Assembly (NCBI RefSeq): GCF_036365525.1
Contig: NC_090375.1
Span: 188,303,233 to 188,367,232 of the forward strand
DNA: 64,000 bases
DNA from: Heterodontus francisci
Lineage: Eukaryota
Direction of reading: 5' to 3'
Shown: positions 45,481-59,154 of the stretch, piece after piece
Layout of the letters: each line of letters begins with the position of its first letter
Numbering within the stretch: position 1 is the first letter of the stretch
Translations under genes and position numbers: made by a program
Notes under the pieces: generated by a model
What the model saw: the letters and a program-made list of their open reading frames with translations, nothing else
Told to the model about the DNA's origin: nothing
The model's database searches: none

Positions 45481-47774
45481 CTTAGAACTGAATAGGTGGC
45501 TAATTCTGGAATTTGCCCTTCTTGCATGTCTTTCCATATCTCAGGCACCCAGCTTTGAATAACCAGCTACTTTTTGAGCACTTGTAGGTATGTTGGGCTA
45601 GTAGGTCACATGGCAAAGATGAAAGAGCAGGAAACGGCTGTCACGGCCCTCCAGGAAATATTTGCTGATAAACAGCACAACAGCAAATAAAGTGCTAATT
45701 AATCCCCAGCACCACTAACTGGAAGAGACCACAGGAGTAGGATTCAAACTGTGGCATTTTACACCCAGACACAGATCCTGCGAGGCACTTACTTTTATAT
45801 TGTCATTCCCTCCTCACCAATTTTCTGCTGAAGGTGCTGAGCTACAGTTCTCTGGGATATGGGTGTCGCCCCTCAAGCGCGCCCGCAGTATGCATCAGTG
45901 AGCTATCCGACTGCAGAGGCATCGATCCAAAGTCAATCCTGTCCTTGTCTGGCATCCGCTTCCAGCAAGAGCATCCGACTGAATTTCCTTTCTTATTTCA
46001 GGAGTAACAAGTCCAATTTTAGGCCCTGACTGGTGGAGGCAATTGTAATCCAACTGACTTGGTGGGAATCTGTCGGGCTTTACACCCCTCCTGATTTTAC
46101 TCTCTGTTAAAGACAGTGTTCCAGCTGATCCTGTGGGTTTCCTGCCTGGCCAGTGGGTTAAAATTGCCTTCTCTAACTTAGCACACTCTGGGGAGTGGGC
46201 CCCAGATCTTCCTGGTTTGTATGACTTCATGGCCTCAAGATTAACCCTTACAAAAAGGGCAGGAGGAGGTTGCGATGTTGGATGGGGAGTGAGTTAAAAA
46301 CTTAAATATGGGGTGCGTGTCCCAAACATGCTGCGTACACACCCACTACCGTTTTTAAAGTAGTGGGTTTCGTGGGAGAGGCAGGACACTCCATTAACAT
46401 ATTTAAGTCTGGCTCCCACAGTGCAATCCACCGAACTCCCACTCACCTCCAGCCTGATGATTAATTTCTCTCTCCCAGGTTGTGATGACCTCTCTTTCCC
46501 TCCAGCCCTGACTGCCGGCTTTTAGCCAAAGGTCTGAGGCATACGACAGCCATTTCCCTCCCACCCTACCCTACCCCACCAGTTCAGATGGGAAGCCTGC
46601 CTGAAATATACATGAAATAGACTGAGCCCAGAAAATTCACGAGATGAGCAGCACTTTCTGCAGACGTGACGGAGTCCTGTCCTGTCATCCTTCAGGCCGC
46701 TTATGGGCGTCAGAAGAGAATCCAGGCCTCGCCAGCACTCTGAATGACAGGGGCAAGGTGATTGAGGAAACCTTCTGCAGTCTGAGGTTACACCAGGAAT
46801 TCTACTGGAGGGATTTTGAGGTGGGGTCGGAATTGTACAAACTTCTGCCTGACCCACTTTCCAGGGTTGAGCGGCTGAGAGGTGGGGCGGGGGGCATTTA
46901 TTTTAATTGAGTGACATAACCATTTACATGCAACTGGCAGGCCCACATCAGGAGGGAGAGTGAAAGCATGTGGTGTTCCAGTGTGTAAAGGATGCACTGT
47001 TGTTCTCAATAAAAATGTAAGAGTGGCCCATTTTTAAATCGTCTGGTCACTGTAATGAAAATAGCCTTTTGGATTTTAAATCCCCTTGGAGGCACTTAGA
47101 AACAATGTATGTGTCCCAAGTGGCTTGCAGTGGGAAATGAGGGAGATAAGTTGTAAATGTGTTTCCCTTTATTGGAGTTGCTGTTATGAGTTATTGTTGC
47201 TGTTGCTGTTTTGTGTGACATCACATTATGCAACAGTCACTAAATGCCACTGAAATTCTGTTCTATGGAAAAGATGGAGATTGGGGTGGGGTGGGGTGGG
47301 GGTGCAATCCTGTCTCATGGGCCCTGTCCTAATTTCGGCTCCCCAACTCCCCAGCCCGTGCCCTGACCAAATTGTGGCATTTTTCCACAGCTTATGAGGT
47401 GGGAATTTGAGGTCCTGATGTTTAACAAGTGGGAATTGTCAGAAAATTGCTGTAGTGACCTCAGTAAATGAGACTAGTGTGCATCTCCTGCATACTGGCA
47501 CTGCAGCTATTGTAGCCTTGGGTGACAAAGTGCAGAAAGCTGCAAGGGCTGGCTTGGTGAAGGATCAAGCCTGCAGACCACCCTTGCGGGCAGATTGCAC
47601 CAACTCAAGCAGGCACATGATTTTATGGTCCCACAGATTGGCGTACATGCCTCACTTGCTGTGTGAGCTGGAGGGGCTAATTGTAAAAGCCTGCCTGATT
47701 TCTCATCGACTTACACAGCCATGCTGAAGTGCAATTTCACCCCAGTGTCTGCGGGAGTGCAATGGAGAAAGAAT

Positions 47775-48770
47775 GTTGGGACCCTTACTTTTCCTGATAT
47801 ATATTAATGACCGAGACCTTGGTGTACGAGGCACAATTTCAAAGTTTGCAGATGATATGAAACTTGGAAGCATTGTGAACTGTGAGGAGGATAGTGTAGA
47901 ACTTCAAAAGGACATAGACAAGTTGGTGGAATGGGCAGACGGGTGGCAGATGAAGTTCAATGCAGAAAAATGTAAAGTGATTCATTTTGGTAGGAAGAAC
48001 ATGGAGAGACTATAAAATAAAGGGTACAATTCTAAAAGGGGTGCAGGAGCAAATGGACCTGGGTGCATATGTGCATAAGTCATTGAAGGTGGCAACCAGG
48101 TTGAGAGAGCGGTTAATAAAGCATACAATATACAGTACAGGCTTTATTGTTAGGGGCATAGAGTACAAGAGCAAGGAAGTTATGTTGAACTTGTATAAAA
48201 CACAGGTTTGGCCTCAGCTGGAGTATTGCGTCCAGTTCTCGGCGCCGCACTTTAGGAAAGATGTGAGGGCATTGGAGAGAGTAAAGAAAAGATTCACGAG
48301 AATGGTTCCAGGGATGAGGAACTTCAGATATGAAGATAGATTGGAGAAGTTGGGACTGTTTTCCTTGGAGAAGAGAAGGTTGAGAGGTGATTTGATAGAA
48401 GTATTCAAAATCATGAGGGGTTTGGACAGAGTAGATAGAGAGAAACTGTTCTCACTCATGAAAGGATCGAGAACGAGAGGGCACAGATTTAAATTATTTG
48501 GTAAGAGAAGCAAAAGTGACATGAGGAAAAACCTTTTCACGCAGCAAGTGGTTAAGGTCTGGAATGCGCTGCCTGGGAGTATGGTGGAGGCAGGTTCAAT
48601 TGAAACATTTAAAAGGGAGTTAGACTGTTATATGAGAAGGAAGAATGTGCAGGGTTACGTGGAGAAGGTGGGAGAATGGAACTGAGTGAATTACTCCTCC
48701 AGAGAGGTGGTGCAGACACGATGGACCGAATGGCCTCCTTCTGCACTGTAACAATTCTTTGATTCTGTGA
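47775..48770 (+). mobile_element. CR1 LINE RT/C-terminal fragment
   Basis: LGPLLFLIYIND...SKFADDMKLG...WQMKFNAEKC; ORF 47987-48685 PQLEYCVQF...FTQQVVKVWNALP; CR1 3' tail. Confidence 0.95.
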
Positions 48771-49879
48771 GAGAGCCAAAACAAACCTCACAAGCTCCTA
48801 AATCCGATAGTCCATACTCTGCTAAATGTTTGCACAGTATTATTATGGACCCTCAGTCACAACAGTTTTGGTTTGATGCTAAGTCTGCAAAAGAGGCACA
48901 GAATCCTCCAGTTTGACCTTTACTGGTTGTCATTCCGATATACTGTGCAAATGATTTATGCTTTTGACCACATTATTGATTGACTGCACTAAATTTTCCA
49001 GATTACTGTACTGAAGAGAGCATATTCTACAGAGACCGAACAAAAGAGTCAATCCCAAAGTGATATCATGTTCAGCATGAAGCAGCTCCACTTAATGCTT
49101 TCTTTCAGTGAGAATTTATGGACTGTGATACTATTATATTATTACATTACATTAACTTATGCTATTGAGTTAAAAAGCCCTTGGTAGCCCTTAATTTTTA
49201 GGTACAGCGTTTGTTTTTAATATCGGAAGTACTTAAAATAATAGACTGGCAAAATCCAAACAGCTGAAAGTTGCAATATAAATTCTTATTTCTATCAGAG
49301 GAGATTCCTTGGATCGCATGAGCATCGCAGGTATCAGAAAATCAGGAATTTGGGGGTTCGGACACCTGCGTGGAAGGAAATTTAAGCAGATTTCTTTATG
49401 GGGCCACCTATTTTTCCAATATTTTCTGCACCCTGGCAATTCACTGAGCCTGGGCTCTGATCCAAGGATATCTCTGCTATCATGTCTGTCACAAATGTTT
49501 CAAACTGCTTCACGTAAGAAAGAATGTACATTAATGCAACCCTTTTCACGACCTCAGAACATCCTGAAGCGTTTTTCCAACAAAATAGTCATTTTGAAGT
49601 GTAGTCACTGTTGCAATGTAGGAAATGTAGAATGAATTATTTCTGAAATGTAAAGGCAATGGCCATTTGGTGTACAGCAGCATTCTGTTTTATTTGATGT
49701 TAGTTAAGAGAAGTCAAGTTGGCTAATTTCTAATGTTCGGTTCCTTCACTACCCTTTCTGGCACCTATATTCTTTGGAACATGGCCAGCTCAGTCAGCAG
49801 TGACACGACAGAGGCACTCTTGGTTGCTGTCATTGAAGATTCCTTCCAAAGTATATATACCAGCTACTTCTAAGCAACA

Positions 49880-50160
49880 CCTTAAATGGAGGAGCATAGA
49901 TTTGTCAGTTGAAAGGGTGATGATTTGCAGATGGTTTTCTTGACCTTGTTTGACCTGAAGTCATGAGGCTTCATATTGTCCACAGTCAATGTTGATGAAT
50001 CCCAGGGCCACTCCCACATGATGTATGTTATTGTGTCTCCACCTCTGGTGAGCCTATCCTGCCAGTGAGATAGGCTCATGATAGAGGAATATGGGATGGT
50101 TGACTGACAGATATGATTCTGTACCTACAGCTATGTCAGACTGGGATAGTTCTCCTAAAT
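49880..50160 (-). mobile_element. CR1-group LINE (second family), APE endonuclease fragment, degenerate
   Basis: LSHWQDRLTRGGDTITY matches the APE motif R.DR..RGGG. Confidence 0.6.
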
Positions 50161-51979
50161 TGGTCGAGCGAGTTCTTGCCAATAGATCGCAGTGATTTGC
50201 CAGTGAAGAGTTATATGCGTGCGACTGGAATCATGTGTACGTTAGACTGGGAGAGGGGTGGCAGACTCCGTTCCCTGAAGGACTGATTTTCATGGTTATT
50301 ACTTTTGTTGTTAGCCCGGTAATGACCAGATTTAGTGAATTCCCCATCCAAAAGCTACAGGGAGTTCGATTTCACAAATGACCATGGTTGAACTCGTTGA
50401 GGTATATCGAGCCTACAGCACAGAACCAGGCCATTCAGCCCAACTGGTCTATGCTGGCATTTATACTCCACACAAACTCACAACTTCTGGGATGCTAACT
50501 CAGGACACGACCATATCTTAATTGAGCTCTGTCACAGCACAAGCAGGTCTTAGTTTGGACGGCATGTCATCAGTGGTATGGGAAGAAACGTAATTATTGA
50601 AGAGGAATTTACAGCTGAAGGAAGGCGGCCGGCAGCACTGAACAGCCATAGGTGGATGAAAACAATGGATTGCGTCTTTTAGGTTTCTAGTCAATGAAAA
50701 ACAATATTCATTTATCAGGTAGTCACAAAGTGGGATTGACTACACTTTTAGAGAATTATACATCCTGTCCTATTTGCTCCTCAGAGCTCACGGGCAGTTA
50801 ATATGCTCAGAGATAGGTGGGACTCAGTACAATTTCATGGCGGGTGGTGGGTGGATGGGGAAGAGGCAGATCATCTGAAGGAATGTGATTAGACTCAACT
50901 CAGTGGAAACTGCAGCTGCTTAATTCTGCCTGAGCTTCTGCAGATATGAAGGGGCTGCTTCTTGGGGAAGTCAGTCACGTTTACAGGAAAGAAAAGATTA
51001 TAACTGACAGGTTCAGCTTCCCCCCCCACCCCCACCCCCACCCCCCACCCCCAACCCATTCCATCTCCCAATTTTCCTGCAGAATAGCAAGTGGGCCCTG
51101 ACAGTCACAATATCACTCATCTTTTCATAGTCGTGTTGGTGCGGTGAGAAAAGTGGAAGCATGCAGCAATAATATTGTGGTGTTTATTCTGCTCGGTGTT
51201 TGAGACCATGTGTCGGCGGAGCTGGAGTGAGAAGACACGCTGTGTTTATCTTCCCTGATTTAGTTAGCTGTTGAGATGAATAAGAGCTTAAGTAGAACAA
51301 GCAAACATTTGCCTTCCCTTCCTTAATGCTGCTTTTTTTTCACTTTGCATAGTCGAGGACATAAATCTCTCCTCCGTGTCAAACAAATAAACTTTAGAGT
51401 CACAGCGAGCGCTAAGAGAAGGCTTGCAGGACATCAGTCCAGCTTGTATGACCCCCCACCCACTTCTCCCCGGTCTGTGCTTAAAAAGCACCCACAATCC
51501 ATCTCAAGACAAATAAAAGGGACACAGTACTAAAACGGTTGAGCGGAAAACAATAAAGGACTATAATTCCTCCTGTGAACTAGCCTCTGACTAACTATCT
51601 GTTGTACAAATGACTTCCTACCTATTGTGCTACCCACAAAGTGGAATATGGGAATGAACAGCAACTGAGTAATGAATTAAAGTTATAGTTACAGCATGAG
51701 TGAGCTTGTAACTGGTGCTAAACAACAGGTGTCGGGAGTGGAGGGAAAAAAATCATAGTTGAGAAAGTTGCTTTTGTGAGTTTTTTTTCTATATATGTAA
51801 TACTTCAAGATGTTCATTTGATTTGAGAAAATGTACATTACAATGAATTTTCAATTATTCAGATGCTAACTTTTTTCTCTCATTTTAATCTTGGTTGCCC
51901 AAAGTGGTTATGCTATCAGGAATGACTTAACAGTAATGCTGGTGGGTGTGATAGTGTAATGGGATTTAAATCTCCCCGC

Positions 51980-52262
51980 TACAACAACAACAACTTGCAT
52001 TTATATAGCACCTTTAATGTAGCAAAACGTCCCAAAGTGCTTCGCTGGACCGTTATAAGGCAAAGTTTGACAAAGAGCCACGTAAGGAGATATATTGGCA
52101 GAAGAGCAAAAGCTTGGTTATAGAGGTGGATTTTAAGGCATGTATTAAAGGAAGTTAGAGAGGAAGAGAGGCAGAAAGGTTTAGGAAGGGAATTTCGGGG
52201 TTTAAGGTCTAGGCAGCTGAAAGCATAGTTGCCAATGGTGGAGTAATTAAAATCGGGGTGGT
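51980..52262 (-). mobile_element. L2 3' end
   Basis: (CAA)n acttgcatttatatagcacc; translates to GNYAFSCLDLKPRNSLPK...LKIHLYNQAF. Confidence 0.85.
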
Positions 52263-52780
52263 TAGTGTTATAAACTAAAAAATTGTTTAGCAATTTTAGA
52301 GCATAGTAATAGAGAATTGGAGAAAAGACACTATAAATATCCATTTTTAAAATATTTGATTCTGAAACCTCAAAACCTACCTTTTCAATCCTTCTCTTAA
52401 CCCCCTTCCCAAACTCCTAGTGTCCAGTCTCCCCTTTGTAAAGTATATTGGGATGTTGCATGCATTAAAGACACATTATAATTGCAATTTGTTGATACAT
52501 TGATAAAGTTATACATTTTTAAATTGCTGAAAATTCATCCCTCAAAAATATAGCCTTGAATAGTGTGGGAATCTTAGGGGTAGGAATGTTTAACACGTTC
52601 ATTTGAAATTATTTTGCGATTTCACTGAAGGGGTTAATATATTCAGAAATAACTAGGTTAATATCTCATTAAAATTGATGATTTTAAAATTTATTTCAAT
52701 GTGTGCAATGTTTTTCTGTTAATATTTGTATGGCATTATTTCATGATCATTGTGTTTTACTGCACTGAATTAGGAAAATA

Positions 52781-53255
52781 GGCCAGATGTTTATGCCCAG
52801 TACAACCTGGCAGCCGCCTTGCCATCTGGGCAGGAGATAATTCCACCTGATCGGGCACTCTGTGCCCCACGGATGGCCCCACACTCCCAAGCGGCACAGG
52901 CCCACCCCACTGGAAGACTTCGTGCCCTCGCGATCACCGACCGCCCCCCTCTCCCCCTCGCCGGCGCCTGGCTAATTGTCCCGACCTCACTTACCTTCTT
53001 CTCTGGTCTCCATCACTGGTTGGGTCAGGGCCCTGCTGCAGTCCCAGCAGCGGCCACCGCTCCCAGCGGTGCTGCTGGGACTGAGGAGTTGCCAACACTC
53101 TGATTGGCCAGCAGCTCTTTTGAGGTGGGACATCCTGCCTCAGAGAGGCGGAAGCTGCAAAAGAACGTCATGGCTTCCAGGGCCAGCGGAGGCAGGCTCG
53201 CCACCAACTTCCCAGTCGCTGGGCAGGGCCACCGCCTCCTTGTTAGATCCCAGCC
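52781..53255. mobile_element. Harbinger-type MITE
   Basis: ggccagatgttta...ttgttagatcccagcc; the right end and interior closely match 638-1295. Confidence 0.7.
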
Positions 53256-53389
53256 ACAGGAACAAGAGTGGGCCATTCAGCCCTTTAGGCCTGTTTCACC
53301 ATTTAATGGGATAATGGCTGATATGTACTATAACTCCATCTACCTGTCTTGCTTCCATAAGCTTTAACACTCTTAAATAATGTTTTAAT

Positions 53390-53762
53390 ATATTCCTTTC
53401 ACAGGATTTGGGCATCGCTGGCCAGGCCAGCACTTGTTGCCCATCCCTAATTGCCCTTGAGAAGGTGGTGGTGAGCTGCCTTCTTGAACTGCTGCAGTCC
53501 ATCTGGTGCGGGTACACCCACAGTGCTGTTAGGAAGGGAGTTCCAGGATTTTGACCCAGCAACAGGGAAGGAACGATGATATATTTCTAAGTCAGGATGG
53601 TGCGTAGTTTGGAGGGGAACTTGCAAATGGTGGTGTTCCCATGAGCCTGCTGCCCTTGTCCTTCTAGTTGGTAGAGGTCGCGGGTTTGGGAGGTGCTGTT
53701 GAAGGAGTCGTGGTGAGTTGCTGCAGTGCATCTTGTCGATGGTGCACACTGCTGCCACTGTG
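53390..53762 (-). mobile_element. CR1-group LINE (second family), 3' fragment
   Basis: AAVCTIDKMHCSNSPRLLQQHLPNP...GSKSWNSLPN...FKKAAHHHLLKGN. Confidence 0.9.
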
Positions 53763-54164
53763 TAACCTAAAATTATAAATGGATATTCCTCTTCAGTGTC
53801 CTCTGTTCAAATCTAAAATTAGTCTAATACCGAATATTCATCAACTTCACTTGTTTTACTGCTTTTATTTGGTTTCCTGGAGCTTAAAAATCCTTTGGGG
53901 GTGAAATTCTTGTTTGCCGGGTGGAGTGTAAAATGGGATGCTGATTCTTATTCCTTGCTACTGCCCAAGATACATTTTACCCCTTTTGTTTCTCATGAAA
54001 AGACAACAATAGCAATAAAGTACTTTTAATAAAGAAAAGCATCCCAACATCAGAAGGAAGAATAGGTGCTGAGCCAAATGAGGAGATATTAGGAGGGGCT
54101 ACGAAAAGCTAAGTCGAATAGATAGATTGTAAGCATTGTCCCTGAGGAGAAGAAAGAGATGTTT

Positions 54165-54378
54165 CTTTTTCATTTTTGGGATGTGGGCATCGCTGGCAAG
54201 GCTGGCATTTATTACCTATCCCTAGTTGCCTGTGAGTAGTTGCTGTTGGGCCTTCTTCTTGAGTCTCTGCAGTCCCTGTGGTGTTTGTGCTCCACAATGC
54301 TCTTCGGCAGGGAGTTCCAGGATATTAACTCAATGAGATGCTGCTGAAGAAGTCTTCGAGAGTTGCTGCAGTGCATCC
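54165..54378 (-). mobile_element. CR1-group LINE (second family), 3' fragment
   Basis: gggatgtgggcatcgctggcaaggctggcattt...gggagttccagg...gttgctgcagtgcatc. Confidence 0.7.
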
Positions 54379-54890
54379 TACAACAACAACAACTTTTATT
54401 TATATGGCGCCTTTAACATAGAAAAACGACCTCACAGGAGCGATGGTTTGACACTGAGCGTTTAAGGAGATCTAATGGTCGATTGGTCAAGGAGATACAA
54501 ACATACAAGTATACGATTTAGGAGCAGGAGTATGCCACTCGGCCCCTCGAGCCCTCAAGATGGTTTTAAGGAGCATCTTAAAGGAGGAGAGAGAGGTAAA
54601 GAGGTGGAGAGGTTTAGGAAGGAAATTCCAGAGCTTAGGGCCTTGGCAACTGAAGGTGTAGCTGCCAATGTTGGAGAGATTGAAATCACACAAGAGATTA
54701 GAATTGGAAAAGTGCAGATATCTTGGAGGATTGTAGGACTGGAGAATGTTATAGAGATAGGGAGGGGTGAGCCCATGGAATGACTTGAATACAAGGATGA
54801 GAATTTTCAAATTGATGGATTTCTCAACCGGGAGCCATTGTAGGTCAGCGAGCACAGTGGTAATGGGTGAATGGAACTTGGTGCAAGTTA
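54379..54890 (-). mobile_element. L2 LINE 3' fragment
   Basis: ORF LADLQWLPVEKSINLKILILVFKSFHGLTPPYL...TFSCQGPKLWNFLP; (CAA)n tail. Confidence 0.9.
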
Positions 54891-55074
54891 GGTCTTCCTA
54901 ATATGTGGTTGGAAGAAATTTCAGCTCATCCATCACAGGATGTCAGGCAAGCAGTCAGCTAATTCAGAGACAGTGGACAAAAGATGTCTCTAGTAGAGAT
55001 ATGGATGGCAGGAAACCAGCTGTCTGAATGCAAAGTGAAGGAATTAAGAATGCAGCAAGAAACAAAAGGTGGAC

Positions 55075-56295
55075 AGAGGTTATGATGTGAAGTTGCTGAA
55101 CTCAATGTTGAGTTCAGAAGGCTGGCAAGTGCCCATACAAAAGATGAGGTGCTGTTTCCTGAGCTTGCTTCATTGGAACAGTGCAGCAGGCCAAGAACAG
55201 AAAGATGAGTGTGGGAGCAATGTTGAGAATTAAAGTGACAGGAAGCTCAGAGTCATGCTTGCAGACTGAACAGAGGTGTTCCACAAATCAGTCTGTGGTT
55301 GGTCTTCCCCAATGTAGTGAATACAGTGTATATATGCTAAATTGAAAGAAGTATAAGTAAATCATTGTTTCACTTGGAAGGAGTGTTTGTGCCCCTGGCT
55401 GGGGAGGAGGTAAAAGGGCTGATGTTACATCTCCTGCACTTGCATGGAAAGGTTGCGGGTGACTGAGGAGTGGAGCAGGGTGTCATGGAGGGAACAGTCC
55501 CTTCAAAATGCTGAAAGGGGAGGTGAGAGGAAGATGTGTTTGGTGATGGCAGAGGATGCTCCATTGATTTACTGGAGGCGAATGGGGTGGAAGGTGAGGA
55601 CATGGAGAACCCTATCATGGTTCTGGGAGAGATAAGAAGGGTGATGGCAGAAGTGCATGGAATGGACATAGTCAAGGGCACTATCAACCATGGCTAGGGT
55701 GGGGGGTAATCCTTTGCTGCAGAAAAATGACGACAAATTGGACGCACTGGTATGAAAGGTTGCATTGTCCGAACGAATGCAACAGAGATGGAGAAACTGG
55801 GAGAATGGAAGAGTCCTTACAGGAAACGGGTTGTGAGAAAGTCAAGGTAACTGTGGGAGTCAGTGGGCTTAGTGAATATTTGTTGATGGCCCATCTCCAG
55901 AAATGGAGATGGAGAAGTCAAGGAAGGGAAGGGAAGAGTTAGAGATGGGCCATGTGAAGGTGAGAGAAGGGTGGAAATTAGAAACAAAGTTAATGAAATT
56001 TTCCAGTTCAGGGCAAGCAGGAAATGGTACCAATACAATCATCAATGTACTGGAAAAAGAGGTGAGGGAGGATGCCTGAATGGGACTGGAACAAGGAATG
56101 TTCCACACATCCCACAAAATAACATAACTAGGACCCATGCAGGTACACATAACAACACCTTTTATTTGGAGGAAGTGAGTGGAGTTGAAGGAGAAGTTGT
56201 TCAATGTAAGAACAAGTTCAGACAGGCGGAGGAGGGTGGTGGTGGGTGGGGACTGGTTGGGCCTCTGCTTAAGGAAGAAGCGGAGAGCTCTCTGA
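55075..56295 (-). mobile_element. Penelope-like element (RT and GIY-YIG remnants)
   Basis: NNFSFNSTHFLQIKGVVMCTCMGPSY, NFHPSLTFTW, LPFLDFSISI, KPTDSHSYLD, FPCKCRRCN. Confidence 0.9.
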
Positions 56296-56309
56296 CCTTT
56301 CTGATAGCT

Positions 56310-56490
56310 CAGATGGATGTAAAAGATCCCATAGCACTATTTCGAAGAAGAGCAGGGGAGTTCTCCCCAGGCTCCAGGCTGATATTTATCCCTCAACCAA
56401 CATCACTAAAACAGATGATCTGGTCACTATCTCACTGCTGTTTGTGGGACCCTGCAGTATTCAAAATTGTGTTTCCAACATTACAACAGT
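56310..56490 (+). mobile_element. SacSINE1/Deu-type SINE fragment
   Basis: gatggatgtaaaagatcccatagcactatttcgaagaagagcaggggagttctcc. Confidence 0.75.
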
Positions 56491-56649
56491 GAGGTGCTAA
56501 TATTGACTCCCCTTTGCCAGGCAGCTAAAGCAGGTGGGTGGGGAGGGGGGGGGGGGGGGGGTGGTGGGGGTGGAGGGGGAGATAAAATAGGTGCTGAAAA
56601 TTATCCCGATCCTGGTGCCTTCCCTTCCTGTCCCAATCTAATCCTGTTA

Positions 56650-56880
56650 TTTTGAGACAAGGTAGGAGAGAGATCAGTTTACAATGGGAGGTTGAATTTC
56701 ATCCATGCCTCCTTAAGCAGATCTCTTCCGAGTCATCACTGAGTGAGCAGTATAGTCTATTGACTTTGGGGGAACTGTATCTCCTCATTAGTCCTCTCCT
56801 TTGGTGTATGGTTTTCCTTCATGCCTCTATCATTTCCTCTTCCTCCTGCTCCTGTTCTACCTTGATTATAAGGACATAAA
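56650..56880 (-). mobile_element. Harbinger transposase N-terminal remnant (tentative)
   Basis: The minus strand reads ...RRYSSPKVNRLYCSLSDDSEEICLRR..., resembling the R.Y..RVYR...LD.SEE.CLRR pattern of Harbinger transposase N-termini as recalled. Confidence 0.4.
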
Positions 56881-57028
56881 TGAGAATGGCATTGAATTTC
56901 ATGCTAAGGGCTCCGTGACAGAAGGATGGGAAACAGAAGATTTGATTGCCAAATATTTGTTTATATCCAATGGGTCTCTGATGTGTACCACATTGTATTA
57001 AATATATCAAATTGTATCACCAAACGGT

Positions 57029-57783
57029 GGCCGGGATTTTATGCTGGCGACGGGGGTCTCGATGTCTGGAAAAAGCGATACCGAGAACCCCGCATCGTCT
57101 CTTCTGTGGGAGGCCTGCCGAGCCAAGTGCCAATTAGGCAGTTAAGTGGACAGCAGCAGACCTTCCACAGGATCAAAGACCCTGGTGACGGAAGTCTTAC
57201 CCTTGGAGAGCTGCTGTCCAACTAGAGTCCGGCAGCTCTTTCACTGAGCAGCACCACTGCGGAGGTGGTGGCTGCTGCTAGTGGAGCATCTACCTGAGGC
57301 CCAGGAGTGGCGCTGGACCCAGGCCACAGGAAGGTGCAGGATGGGAAGGGTCTCACAGGGTGATGTTTGTGGGGTAGGGGGTTGTAGGGGGGTCGGTAGC
57401 AAGGGCAGGGGTGTGGATTTCAGTGGGCCCTTCCTTTCCAATGCCTTGTTCAGTGTGCCTTTTAACAAAGTTCCGGCCCCACCCCCATCCCCGGAGCCGG
57501 GAAGCAGCTCGCATGGTTTTTCATGCGACAGGGCTGCTCCCTGCATGGCTAATTGCAGCGGCAGCCTGATGAGGACCTTAATTGGGCATTAATTGCCCAG
57601 TTAAGGGCCTCAATTGGCGATAGAGCGGGAAGGCCGTTCACAGGCCTTCCCACCCCGGCCTTAATTTTGGTGGAGGCGGGAAGGAGGCAGGGATTCCCCT
57701 CCTCCCCCCATGCCACCATCCTGCCCAATTATATGCTCTCCCCACCTCCAAATCTGCCGCAGGGGACAGCATAAAATTCCCCC
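57029..57783. mobile_element. Harbinger-type MITE
   Basis: TIRs ggccgggattttatg...cataaaattccccc; interior module cagcaccactgcggaggtggtggctgctgc. Confidence 0.7.
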
Positions 57784-58249
57784 GATAGGTCAAATGCCAT
57801 ATGTTCTTTGGTGTATATTAAGCATTCATCTTGAAGTAGTCCAATGAGCATGCTATTGACCCCGTACATTATTATCCACACTGAAATTTGGATTTGATTC
57901 AAACCAGCTTTAAGGGCGGTACCAGAGGAGGGACAGGAAAGCATCAAACCTATCAGGAACAAGAGAACTGCTCGTCAGAATCCAAAGCATCAGGCTATGG
58001 ACATTGAAGTGAGTTAACGTGTCACAGTTCACAAGCCCTTGGTGTGTCCCAGTACTTGGGAGTAAAGGCCCAGACAAATGCAATCACTCATCTGCTCCCT
58101 TTTTCTTCTGCTATATTAAAAAAAAAGTGCCAGCTCTTGCTGATGATTTTGTGAATGACATATATTTTGAACTGCTCTTACATCCTTTCCAAAACAAAAT
58201 TACAAATTATGGTCACCTGTGGATAAAATGATGGTGGTGCAGTGTTCAT

Positions 58250-59055
58250 TCCATTCACAATTCCTCAGACAATGAAGTAATCTGTACGCTAATGTAACCA
58301 GGCTTGGACAATATCTAGACCTGGACTGCTAAGTGGCAAGTAACATTCGTGCCACGCAAGTGCCAGGCAATGACCATCTCCAGCAAGAGGGAATCTAACT
58401 ATCTACCCTTAACATTCAATGGATTGACATCACCAAATCCCCCATCATCAACATCTTGTGAGTGACCATTGTACTCTGGAAAGCCAGTTGGTGAAGGATG
58501 ATACTGGAGCCAATCTTTATTCAGTCTTACATTAATTTACAGAGTGAAACATTACAAGCATGCACCTCCTAACTCAACCACACCACAGTTTCAATAAGTG
58601 TCTCATTATATGTGCTCAAGTGAAACCCAATTAATGCCCTCCATCTGCAAACAATTAAATACAATTAATAATTAATCAAACTAAACAAGCCACGTAATTG
58701 ATGTGGCTACTAGAGCAGTTCAGAGACTGGGTATTAGAGGCGAGTGGGTCACCTCCTGACTCCCTAAAGCCTCTTTGCTTCCTACAAATCAGAAGTCAGA
58801 AGTGTGATGGAATACTCTCCACATGCCTGGATTGGTGCAGCTCGAAAAACACTCAAGAAGCTCAACACTATCCAGGACCTTGAACATCCACTTCCTCCAC
58901 CACCAGAGCACCATGGTGACAGTGTGTATTATCTACAGGATGCACTGCAGCAACTCAACAAAGTTTTTTCGACAGCACCTCCCAAACCTGTGACTGCCGT
59001 AGGGATGGGTAATAAATGTCAGCATTGCTAGTGATGCTCATATCCTGAAAATGAA
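58250..59055 (+). mobile_element. CR1-group LINE (second family) fragment with an inserted solo LTR
   Basis: aagtggcaagtaacattcgtgccacgcaagtgcc (WQVTF); MMEYSPHAWIGAARKTLKKLNTIQD; family 3' tail. Confidence 0.85.
58470..58670 (-). mobile_element. Short solo LTR (tentative)
   Basis: A 200-bp insertion interrupting the LINE at gtgaccat|; starts TGTAC on + (CA end on -), with TTTATT (minus-strand polyA signal) at ~58517. Confidence 0.45.
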
Positions 59056-59154
59056 TTTTTCTAAACTTGCATTTATATCGTGCCATTAATGTAGAAAAAT
59101 ATCCTCAAATGCTTCTTGGAGGAGTAATCAAAATGAAGTTTCTCTGAATCAAAA

